Under the pieces are notes generated by a model. The model saw only the letters and a program-made list of their open reading frames with translations. It had not been told where the DNA came from and ran no database searches. A stretch of DNA of 64,000 nucleotides from Thermoanaerobaculia bacterium (GTDB taxonomy: Bacteria > Acidobacteriota > Thermoanaerobaculia > Gp7-AA8): contig JADGNZ010000005.1 in the NCBI GenBank assembly GCA_017883205.1, positions 30,989 through 94,988 of the forward strand, given 5' to 3'. Below are positions 56,858 through 64,000 of the stretch, piece after piece (the first letter of the stretch is position 1; the number at the start of each line of letters is the position of its first letter). Both the position numbers and the translations under genes were made by a program.

Positions 56858-59800
56858 GCTTTGATCTCCGTGAGGATGAAGAGGTCGGCCAGTTCCGCCG
56901 GCAGATAGGCGATCTCCGCGGCGGCGTATTGCGGAAGGTCGCCGGTTTTCGACGGCATCACGACGCATGCGAAGTGCGGAAGGATCGAAGGGCTGACGCA
57001 GACTTTTGGCGCTGGTGCTGCTTGCGTGGTTCCCGAGCCCATCGCCACGCCCGTTGCGACGCCGGAGAGGGCGGCGTTATCGGTGAGAACGCCGTCGCGA
57101 AGGATGTCCTCCCAGCGGATGCCGGCGAGCTCGTCGAGGTCGACGTACACGACCCCCGGCACGCTCTGAATCGTCGCAATCACCTCGGCTGCGTAAACCG
57201 GCTGGCCGAAGCCGCGGCGGTCGTACGAGAAGGTGTCGAGCAGCGCGGCGCGGATCTTCGGCGCTACCAGCGGCCAGAGGTAGTCCGGACCGACGCGCAC
57301 GCGGGCCGAGCCGGTCATCACCAGTTTTTCACGTACCTTGACGACGAACGGCTGATAAGGATCGCCGTACTTGCGCAGCGCTTCGGTGAGGTTGCGGAAA
57401 AGATCGGAGGTCTCGTCGATGTCGATGTCGCCGGTCCCGCCGATGGTGAGGTGTACGAAACGGCGGCGGCCGTCGGAGAGCGCAGTGGCGGTGGCTTTGG
57501 CAATGCCGCCGAACGTCCGCGCGAAGTCGGCGAAGTCGCTGACGGAAACGACGCGGCCCATGGCCTGAAGCGACACGGGGATATTGCCTCGCGCATCGTC
57601 GCGCGACTCGCGGGCGGCGCCTCCGCTGGCCTCGATCGGATTGATGACGTCGTGCACGCCGGCGGGGCGCGAGATGGCCGTGGCGATCTGACTGGCGCGC
57701 ACGTTTCCGTCAGGCCCGATTCCGTTGCGATACGCCGCGCGGACGTTGTCGCTGCCGGTGAAGGGCCTCTGCCCGTGCCGGCCGTCGCCGAATGTGATCG
57801 AGACTTTGTCGTCGTCGCCGGTCTTCGTCACGAAGACGCGGTCGGCCGGTCCGGCGTCCGCGAGTGAATCCGTCTCGTGCCAGAGCACGTCGTCGACGCG
57901 TACGGCGAGCGTGGAGCGGACGCCCTCGACGGTCGGCGCCGAAACGAACGTCAGAGGCGCGTGGCGGAGCTTGAAGGTCTGCATCGCCTTCGACGCATCG
58001 CCGCCGCCAAGGATTTCGAACTGGCTCTCGCCGTGCGTGGCCGGAGCGATGTTGCCGAGGATGGCCACGCTGCTCCGATCGTACTGGAAGGCCAGGCCTT
58101 TCGGAGCGAGGACGAGGACGGTGTGTGGCGTGCCTCCCGGACCGGCGTCGGTCTGCTGCTCGACGTTGTCGATCATGGCCAGCTCCGCGGCAACGACGCC
58201 GTGCGTGCCGCCCGTATCGACGCGGTTGCCGCGCACGATGACGCGGTGTCCGGCAGCCAGTCCTGCGACGACGGCATCGAGCTCGATGCGCGTCTCCGAT
58301 TCGCCCGCAACTTCGTTTGCGTCGGCGGGCATGCCGACCGGGCGCGTGACGGGCTGCTGCGCCAGCGGCAGCAACTCGCTTTCGACGAGGACGGAGGTGG
58401 CGCGAATGAATTTGAGGTTGTTGGTCAGATTCCCAAGGCTGGTGTGATTAGGGTCAGGGGTTTGAGGCATCGGGTCGAAGTGGCCGACCCACGGAGCGTC
58501 CAGCGTCAGCGTCGTGCTCCTTCCGCTGATGCCGTAGGCGGTCAACGGGCCGGTCTCCACTTCGGTCACCGTCGAGACGCGCGTACCGAATTGATTTCGC
58601 GTGACGGCATAGCTCCCCGTCGTGATGGCTTCGTCCGCAGTATCGAGATGAAGGATGGTTTCTGTCTCGGTGAAGGGCGACGGAAACGGCGGCGCTGCGG
58701 CCGCGCGAGCCGCCGGCCGGTCTTCGAAAAGCACCGCCGGCGCGTTGTAGCCGAAGACGTTCGCGCGGCGGCGCAGAACGTAGACGCCGCGCAGCTGTTC
58801 GTATGGTTTTTCGCCGGTGCAGAGATTGGCGAGCGCTCCGTAAAGCGTCGTTGCGAGCTGCGGACGGAACGCCGTGAGCAGCCGCTGTCGGTAGTCGTAA
58901 CGTGGATTCCGGACCTCGGCGAACGAGCGCGTGAAGTCGAACGCGCTGGGCGGCGCGACACCGCGCGCCGTCGTCAGAGGCTTGAGAAAATCGCTCAGCG
59001 TGGGGACGGCGCATCGGACCTTGACGTTCGACGGCTCTTCATCGATGGCGATCAACGCGTCGCGAATAGTGGCGTGAAAATCGGAGAAGTTTGTCTGCAG
59101 CACGGAGTGAGGGGTGCCGAGGAGAATCTGTCGCTTCAGCTCGATCAGCATGTCGTTCGAGCGGGTACCGGACGCTGCCAGCGCCACCGTTTTGGCCGAG
59201 ATCTTTTTTTTCGTTTTCGCTTTGCCGCGCGCTTTGACGATTGCGGGAGCCACGGGCACCGCGGCCGGCGTCGCAGGTTGGGCGGCTATGGCCTGCGAGA
59301 CAGCCAGATAGAGCCTGGCGTAGTCCGGTTGTACCGGCTCTAGTTGCAGCTCGGTGCGATCGTGCTCGGTGTCGGGCACAGCTTTCAAGACGCGGCGGAT
59401 TGCGTGATACGTCTGGCCGGTGGCATCGAGGACGAACAGCAGCGGATCGCGCGGCTGGAACTGCTTGTCCGTTCCGTCGACCCAGACCGAGGTGATCGTC
59501 AGGACGTTGTCGACGAGCACGGTCTGCGGACGGCTCATGCGCGGCTTGAGCGCGTTCCACGCTCCGCGCGCTTCGATGTCCTCGGAGGTCTCGAACGTCT
59601 GCGCCTGCTCGTCCTTGCGCGCGGGAATGCTCTGCGCTTTCGAGCCGGCCGGGATGGTTGTGATCGCGTCATCGTCGAGCGTGTAGGCGAGATGCACGCT
59701 GGACGCGACGCCGGGCTTGAGCGTGTAGTCGACGAGACGTCCGAGCTCCAGGATCGATCGCCGTTCCGTTGCTGTCCGCAGGTAGCCCTCGGTGGCGATG

Positions 59801-60054
59801 CGCTCCTGGTAGAACGTGAGCACGTCACCGGCGACGGCCCACGCGTCGAGCAGCGCCATGGCCGGATCGTCCGGCTCGCGTGTCGTCAACGCAGGAATCG
59901 CGTCCGGCAGGCCGCGGACCATGGCGTCGAGGAACGTGCCGTAGGTGCCGGCGCGGTAGTGGATCGCGGAGAGGCCGGGGCGATTTGTCGCGCCGAGGTG
60001 CTCGCCCGCGCCTTCGAGACAGGCGCAGCAACCGCATGAACCGGCCGCGCTCAT
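56854..60054 (-). CDS. 1066-aa Baseplate_J-like (gp6/gpJ family) baseplate wedge protein
   Basis: gpJ-like C-terminal signature ...ASQIATAISRPAGVHDVINPIEASGGAARESRDDARGNIPVSLQAMGRVVSVSDFADFA... . Cys-rich N-terminus MSAAGSCGCCAC. Overlaps the upstream gene stop by 4 nt. Confidence 0.75.
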   Translation of the reverse strand: MSAAGSCGCCACLEGAGEHLGATNRPGLSAIHYRAGTYGTFLDAMVRGLPDAIPALTTREPDDPAMALLDAWAVAGDVLTFYQERIATEGYLRTATERRSILELGRLVDYTLKPGVASSVHLAYTLDDDAITTIPAGSKAQSIPARKDEQAQTFETSEDIEARGAWNALKPRMSRPQTVLVDNVLTITSVWVDGTDKQFQPRDPLLFVLDATGQTYHAIRRVLKAVPDTEHDRTELQLEPVQPDYARLYLAVSQAIAAQPATPAAVPVAPAIVKARGKAKTKKKISAKTVALAASGTRSNDMLIELKRQILLGTPHSVLQTNFSDFHATIRDALIAIDEEPSNVKVRCAVPTLSDFLKPLTTARGVAPPSAFDFTRSFAEVRNPRYDYRQRLLTAFRPQLATTLYGALANLCTGEKPYEQLRGVYVLRRRANVFGYNAPAVLFEDRPAARAAAAPPFPSPFTETETILHLDTADEAITTGSYAVTRNQFGTRVSTVTEVETGPLTAYGISGRSTTLTLDAPWVGHFDPMPQTPDPNHTSLGNLTNNLKFIRATSVLVESELLPLAQQPVTRPVGMPADANEVAGESETRIELDAVVAGLAAGHRVIVRGNRVDTGGTHGVVAAELAMIDNVEQQTDAGPGGTPHTVLVLAPKGLAFQYDRSSVAILGNIAPATHGESQFEILGGGDASKAMQTFKLRHAPLTFVSAPTVEGVRSTLAVRVDDVLWHETDSLADAGPADRVFVTKTGDDDKVSITFGDGRHGQRPFTGSDNVRAAYRNGIGPDGNVRASQIATAISRPAGVHDVINPIEASGGAARESRDDARGNIPVSLQAMGRVVSVSDFADFARTFGGIAKATATALSDGRRRFVHLTIGGTGDIDIDETSDLFRNLTEALRKYGDPYQPFVVKVREKLVMTGSARVRVGPDYLWPLVAPKIRAALLDTFSYDRRGFGQPVYAAEVIATIQSVPGVVYVDLDELAGIRWEDILRDGVLTDNAALSGVATGVAMGSGTTQAAPAPKVCVSPSILPHFACVVMPSKTGDLPQYAAAEIAYLPAELADLFILTEIKA

Positions 60055-62909
60055 CGTCCACCTCCCACGGCCGCGAAGACGAGCAGGCCGTTCTCCGGTA
60101 CTGCCGGATCGTTGTCGAGACGCGCGATCTCGTTCGGCCCGAGCTTGAGCAATCCATCCGCAAAGTCGGGATTGCCTCGCGACTCATCCGCCAGCCGTTC
60201 CAGCCGGGCCACGCAGACTTTCGCCACGCCGTCGACGGCCATGACCGCGGCGACGATGCGGCTGACGTAGACGGCTTCGCCGAACGAGAGATTGTCGGGA
60301 TGGAAGAAGCCGAGGCGGCCGTCTGGCAGCGCGCGGTTGCTCAGCGCGTCGCGCACAGCGGCCACGACATGTGCGCGCAGATGGTGTGCCTGCACGAGAA
60401 GCTCAAGCTCGATCCGCAACGGAACGGAATCGGCGCGGCCGACGCGAAGGTCGTGTCCCATTCGCCGGTAGCGATGGAGCAGGCCGGCGACCGAGGTCTG
60501 CAAATCGGCGTCAAGATCCGAAGTACCGAATTCGTCGACGGCGACGTCGGCTTCGTACCAGCTCCGGTTCCAATAGAGATTGCCAGCTGCAGCCTGCACG
60601 CGCGGGTTGCGCGCCGGGAAACGGAGGTACTGCGCGAGCGTGGCGTAGTCGCCGGCGGTGACGGCGCGCTGCAGGTCTTTGCGCACGGCGGCCGGCGCGA
60701 TGGCCTTCACTTCCGCGACCGATTCAGGATCGACGGCGCCGGCGGATGGAAGCGGATTGCGAACGAGTGTGACGCCGTCGTTGAAGCCGCTGCGGAAGAC
60801 GACGTGCGCGATCGCCTCGGGTCCGACGAGTCCTTCCCGTCCGTTTCCGGTTCGATAGGTGGCGACGAACGACATGCCGGCTTCGACAGCGCGGCCGGTG
60901 TCGCCATCGCCAAATCTGAGGTGCGCGAGGCCGGCATCATCGACCTCGGCGACAAAATGCGGATCGTCGCCGCTGTCGAGCAGGTCGGCGCGCGGCGACC
61001 AGATTTCCATCAGCCCGCGCAGGTTGGCTTCGAGCAACGCCTCGAGATCCGGCGTGTCCTTGCCCGCATCGAGCAGCTTGACGACCTCGGGGCGCAGTCT
61101 GCGCCGCAGCGCCAGCAGGAGGCGTTGCTCCGGCTCCGGTTTCAACAGTGAGCTGGCGAGCGCGTGGATGTCGCGCAGTTCGTCGGGGCGGAAGAGCGAC
61201 GGCGCATCATCGTCATCCGCTGGATCGCCGGCGAAGAGCGCGGGAGGAATGCTTCCCGCGGTGATTGCAGGCCGCGCGGCGCGTGCGTTTTGCTGCATCA
61301 CTGCCGAGGCGGAGGCGCTGGCAGCGAGCGGCTCGGCGAACGTGAGCGGACCGCGGGTGAGCACAGGACGATAGCGGCCCGTCACGCGCGCGCGCTCGGC
61401 CGGCGTGCCTTCGCCTTCGCAATGATCGGCGAACGGGAGCTCGAGGATGGGAGCAAGCGGCTCATCGGAAATCGTCGCGCCGTGATCGGCGAGCACGATG
61501 TTGCCGCGCGCGACGCCGAGGTCCTTCTGGAATTCGCAATCGGGCGCGGCGCCGACCGCGGAGACGCAGAGCGCGAACGGCAGCGCATCCTCGCGGCTCC
61601 ACTCCACTTCGAGCACGCGATTGCCGAGGAGCGGATCGCAACAGGGGGTGACCTTCGTCAGTCGTACCACATGGCGATGCGTGCGGTCGCCGCCGGGCTC
61701 CTCGAAGAGCAGGAAGTCGCCGGGCTCGAGTCGCAGGATGTTGGCGTGGGGCGGCTCGGGTGGCGGTGGTGGTGGCGGACATCCGCAGCCGTCGTAGTGC
61801 TTGTGCGGCGGCGGACCTCCGCAGAGATCGGGATCGTACTTGTTGTTTTCCTGCGGCTCGTCGAGCAGCGTCGTGCGCGTGGCGCCGCGCGGGATGCAGC
61901 ATTCCTTGTCGCCCCAGGTGTAGATGTGAATGAGGTTGTGTACTTCGTGGAGCTTGATCGTGGTCTTGTCCGTGAGCGGCTCGAAGGCGAGCCAGCCGGG
62001 CGGCAACTTCTCGAGGTCGGAGGCGCGCAGCGCCGCCGGCGCGGACGATCCGGCCGGACGGGTGATGAAGTAGATGTTGCGCGGATCGAGCTCCGGATCG
62101 CCCGTCACGCGCAGTTCGAGAAAGACGCGGGCGTTGCAGCCGTCGTGCATCGCGTAGTCGATGAGCCGCACGTGACGGCGCACGGAGGTGCGCTGCCGCG
62201 CGGTGTCGAGATACTGCTCGGTGCCGACGGCGTCAAGGTAGTAGCTGAGATAGTCGGCGGTGTATGCGAGAACTTCGACGATGGCGATGCCGACGTCGGG
62301 CACATGCCGCTCGCGCCAGTCGGGCATGACCAGCGAGAGTCGATCGAGGATGAGTTGCCGGAAGGAGGTGTAGTCCCGGGCAAGGTAAGAGATCGGCGGT
62401 TTGGGCCGGACCTCGGTTGGGCACGGAGCTTCCGATTTGCAGTCGATTTCCGCGGGGCAGTCGGCCTTGAACGTGAAGCCGGCGCAGGCATAGCGCCGGT
62501 CGAGCGATTTCAACGGCTCGTCCGTGGGCTCGCCGCTCTTTTCATCGACTTCGACGAAGCAGATCGTGTACTCCGACCAGTCGCCTTCCTTGTTCACGGT
62601 GATGCCGAGGCAACTCTCGTCGAATCGCGTCGCGGCCGGTTTGGTATCGAAGTCGATGGCGTTGATGCCGGTGATCCGGCGCCCGCCACGGATGAAAATG
62701 TGCCGCAATGCCGCTTTCTTTTCATCGGGCGTGAGCGGCTTCCCCTTTTGCGGCCCGTCGGTAGCGGGCAGAAACTCGAGCGGGATCCCGGTCAGGAAGT
62801 GGACGCAGAGGTGCGAGCCGTGGACGTCGATGTAGTCGAGTCCATTGAGGCTCTGCTCGCGGATGAGCTGGCGGCGATGCTCGTCGCAGCAGGTCAGGCC
62901 GGCGGTCAT
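60051..62909 (-). CDS. 952-aa second Baseplate_J-like baseplate protein
   Basis: Start moved to MTAGLTCCDEH (ATG ~62909, ATGA overlap with the gp25-like gene). The track ORF's first 44 codons are Arg-rich and would overlap gp25 by 135 nt. gpJ-like motif ...GLVGPEAIAHVVFRSGFNDGVTLVRNPLPSAGAVDPESVAEVKAIAPAAVRKDLQRAVTAGDYATLA. Contains a Pro-rich Cys/His patch (CGGPPPHKHYDGCGCPPPPPPPEPPH). Confidence 0.75.
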   Translation of the reverse strand: MTAGLTCCDEHRRQLIREQSLNGLDYIDVHGSHLCVHFLTGIPLEFLPATDGPQKGKPLTPDEKKAALRHIFIRGGRRITGINAIDFDTKPAATRFDESCLGITVNKEGDWSEYTICFVEVDEKSGEPTDEPLKSLDRRYACAGFTFKADCPAEIDCKSEAPCPTEVRPKPPISYLARDYTSFRQLILDRLSLVMPDWRERHVPDVGIAIVEVLAYTADYLSYYLDAVGTEQYLDTARQRTSVRRHVRLIDYAMHDGCNARVFLELRVTGDPELDPRNIYFITRPAGSSAPAALRASDLEKLPPGWLAFEPLTDKTTIKLHEVHNLIHIYTWGDKECCIPRGATRTTLLDEPQENNKYDPDLCGGPPPHKHYDGCGCPPPPPPPEPPHANILRLEPGDFLLFEEPGGDRTHRHVVRLTKVTPCCDPLLGNRVLEVEWSREDALPFALCVSAVGAAPDCEFQKDLGVARGNIVLADHGATISDEPLAPILELPFADHCEGEGTPAERARVTGRYRPVLTRGPLTFAEPLAASASASAVMQQNARAARPAITAGSIPPALFAGDPADDDDAPSLFRPDELRDIHALASSLLKPEPEQRLLLALRRRLRPEVVKLLDAGKDTPDLEALLEANLRGLMEIWSPRADLLDSGDDPHFVAEVDDAGLAHLRFGDGDTGRAVEAGMSFVATYRTGNGREGLVGPEAIAHVVFRSGFNDGVTLVRNPLPSAGAVDPESVAEVKAIAPAAVRKDLQRAVTAGDYATLAQYLRFPARNPRVQAAAGNLYWNRSWYEADVAVDEFGTSDLDADLQTSVAGLLHRYRRMGHDLRVGRADSVPLRIELELLVQAHHLRAHVVAAVRDALSNRALPDGRLGFFHPDNLSFGEAVYVSRIVAAVMAVDGVAKVCVARLERLADESRGNPDFADGLLKLGPNEIARLDNDPAVPENGLLVFAAVGGGR

Positions 62910-63265
62910 GATGTGCTCCGTTCGAAGGTGTCGGTGTGAACGTCGCCGGTGCGGCGAAGGGCGTAGCGGACGAGGACGCGTAGCGTCGAATCTTCGGCGA
63001 CGACTTCCAGCGCCTGCAGATCGAGGACGTCGCCGAGCCATTGCTGGATGGCGGCGCGCGTTGTGAACTGCAGCGCGGCGGCGAGCTCGGGACTGTTCGG
63101 CGCGAAGACGAGCTGCAGCAAGCCGCTGCCGAACTCGGGCCGGTTCACGCGCTCGCCCGGATTGGTGAAGAGCAATTGCTCGAGCATGCCGCGCACGTGC
63201 GCCGCGTCATCGCACGAGGCAGTGCGGCCCCGCTCATCGAAGTGGAAGGGAAAATCGATGTTCAT
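62906..63265 (-). CDS. gp25/GPW-family baseplate protein (lysozyme-like fold; Afp9/TssE-like)
   Basis: MNIDFPFHFDERGRTASCDDAAHVRGMLEQLLFTNPGERVNRPEFGSGL... matches the GPW_gp25 pattern (FPF.FD..G......I...I...L.T..GER...P.FG). Confidence 0.8.
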   Translation of the reverse strand: MNIDFPFHFDERGRTASCDDAAHVRGMLEQLLFTNPGERVNRPEFGSGLLQLVFAPNSPELAAALQFTTRAAIQQWLGDVLDLQALEVVAEDSTLRVLVRYALRRTGDVHTDTFERSTS

Positions 63266-63272
63266 CGCATCC

Positions 63273-63599
63273 TCATTGCGCGGTCACCCGGACCTGGTTG
63301 GGTATGACGATCAGAGGCGTGCCGTTCGGCGTGGAAATGCCCTGACTGTCGGCGAGCAGAAGCGGCTGGCCGCCGGCCTGTACGCGCGTCGCGGCGGTGG
63401 TGAATTGCGCGGTCACGCAGGGAGGGCTGCCGCCGCTGGTCATCGCCGGGAAGGTGCAGCCGGCCACCATGTATGCGGTGGAGAGCACGACCACCGGCTG
63501 CCCGCCGATGGAGACGCGCGGATTAGGCGTCACCGGCGTGGCCGCACCGAGGTGCGCGCACTGGATCGTGGTCGTCGCTATCAGGACGGGGCCGGGCAT
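63273..63599 (-). CDS. PAAR-domain spike-tip protein
   Basis: 108 aa, Gly/Pro/Thr/Val-rich with PAAR-like segments (...GGQPVVVLSTAYMVAGCTFPAMTSGG...GGQPLLLADSQG...). Confidence 0.75.
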   Translation of the reverse strand: MPGPVLIATTTIQCAHLGAATPVTPNPRVSIGGQPVVVLSTAYMVAGCTFPAMTSGGSPPCVTAQFTTAATRVQAGGQPLLLADSQGISTPNGTPLIVIPNQVRVTAQ

Positions 63600-63614
63600 G
63601 TCGTCTCCTGTCGT

Positions 63615-64000
63615 TCAGATGATGGTCAGCGCGCCCTTGTTCACGTTGACGTTGGGCCCGATCATCACGATCGACGCCCCCTTGCCGTTATCGATGTAGA
63701 TGCCGGTGTCGTTCACGGTGATCGAAGCGCCGGTGAGCGACTTGAGGATGATTCCGCCGGTGGGGCCGGGGAGGTCGCTGATGACGATGCGGTTCTGCAG
63801 GGTCGTCTGCAGAACGATGCTCGGGCTGATCGGATTGTTCGTCGCCGCCGTCATCTTGGCGTCGCTCGGCATCTCCGACTCCATCCCCCAGAAGCAGCCG
63901 GTCCAGATGGGATAGTCGGGATCGCCGCCCTCGAACTCGATCCACACGCCTGATCCGAGTTGCGGGAGATACGAGATGCCCTGCAGTTTTCCGGCGATCG
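63615..64000 (-). CDS. Baseplate central spike (P2 gpV / VgrG / Phage_GPD-like), C-terminal part; 5' end beyond window
   Basis: Translation continues upstream of the track's Met to the window edge (...IAGKLQGISYLPQLGSGVWIEFEGGDPDYPIWTGCFW...). 'VWIEFEGGDPDYPIW' is the gpV/VgrG OB-fold signature. The C-terminal Gly/Asn/Ile-rich repeats (GIYIDNGKGASIVMIGPNVNVN) look like spike beta-helix sequence. Confidence 0.75.
   Translation of the reverse strand, partial: IAGKLQGISYLPQLGSGVWIEFEGGDPDYPIWTGCFWGMESEMPSDAKMTAATNNPISPSIVLQTTLQNRIVISDLPGPTGGIILKSLTGASITVNDTGIYIDNGKGASIVMIGPNVNVNKGALTII

Noticed and set aside
53810-62939. Plus-strand ORFs 53810..54628, 55688..56908, 56929..57867, 57877..59343, 59880..61151, 61164..62939, 63048..63953 in the eCIS region
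   Set aside because: All are antisense to the co-directional minus-strand baseplate genes, Arg/Gly/Asp/Ala-rich with no motifs.

Overview
A GC-rich (about 65-70% by eye) bacterial chromosomal segment, densely coding with strong GC3 bias. Because of that bias, antisense and off-frame translations give many long Arg/Ala/Gly-rich pseudo-ORFs; most long ORFs in the supplied track are of this kind. Left to right the window contains: (1) a minus-strand operon of three giant proteins with no signal peptides, 1..13938. The third gene (start 6289, >=2096 codons) is missing from the ORF track because its stop lies beyond the window start. The middle protein carries an SGNH/GDSL hydrolase domain and the third carries ConA/LamG-like jelly-roll modules. 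Function is unknown, and this is the most unexplained system in the window. (2) A 2218-aa secreted repeat protein (signal peptide, CarbPepD_reg-like domain, 7 x 81-aa Ig-like repeats, Fn3, C-terminal repeats), preceded by an 860-bp intergenic region with a tRNA-like 3' fragment. (3) A two-subunit IorAB/aldehyde-oxidoreductase-like molybdoenzyme and a Uma2-family gene. (4) A tightly packed 8-gene plus-strand operon: a c-heme (CxxCH) outer-membrane beta-barrel 'heme-porin', a cupredoxin, a GltD-like FAD/NAD(P)H iron-sulfur flavoprotein, a Rieske protein, a split cytochrome b (b6 + subunit-IV-like), an octaheme cytochrome c and a monoheme cytochrome c. This resembles the NAD(P)H-oxidoreductase-containing Rieske/cyt b complexes described in anammox bacteria. 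(5) A PAS-LuxR regulator and a lower-GC Bro-N/DinD-like gene pair. (6) Two tandem HTH-PTS-EIIA(Ntr)-like regulators followed by a 7-gene complex-I/group-4-hydrogenase-like (Ehr/Hyf-like) operon whose 'large subunit' lacks the NiFe-ligating cysteines. An intra-operon inverted-repeat/heptamer element sits inside it, and a 13-copy 21-bp tandem array flanked by a duplicated gene 3' end sits just after it. (7) A second Uma2 gene, a LytS/LytTR two-component pair, and a small membrane protein plus PHB-depolymerase-family esterase. (8) A truncated DUF4386-like fragment marking an island boundary, then the distal part of an extracellular contractile injection system (eCIS, phage-tail-like) running off the right edge: a DUF4157 (HExxH) effector with a lower-GC C-terminal domain, a 466-aa unknown protein, a P2-gpI-like protein, two Baseplate_J-like giants, a gp25-like protein, a PAAR protein and a partial gpV/VgrG-like spike. 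No rRNA, complete tRNA, CRISPR array or transposase was recognised.
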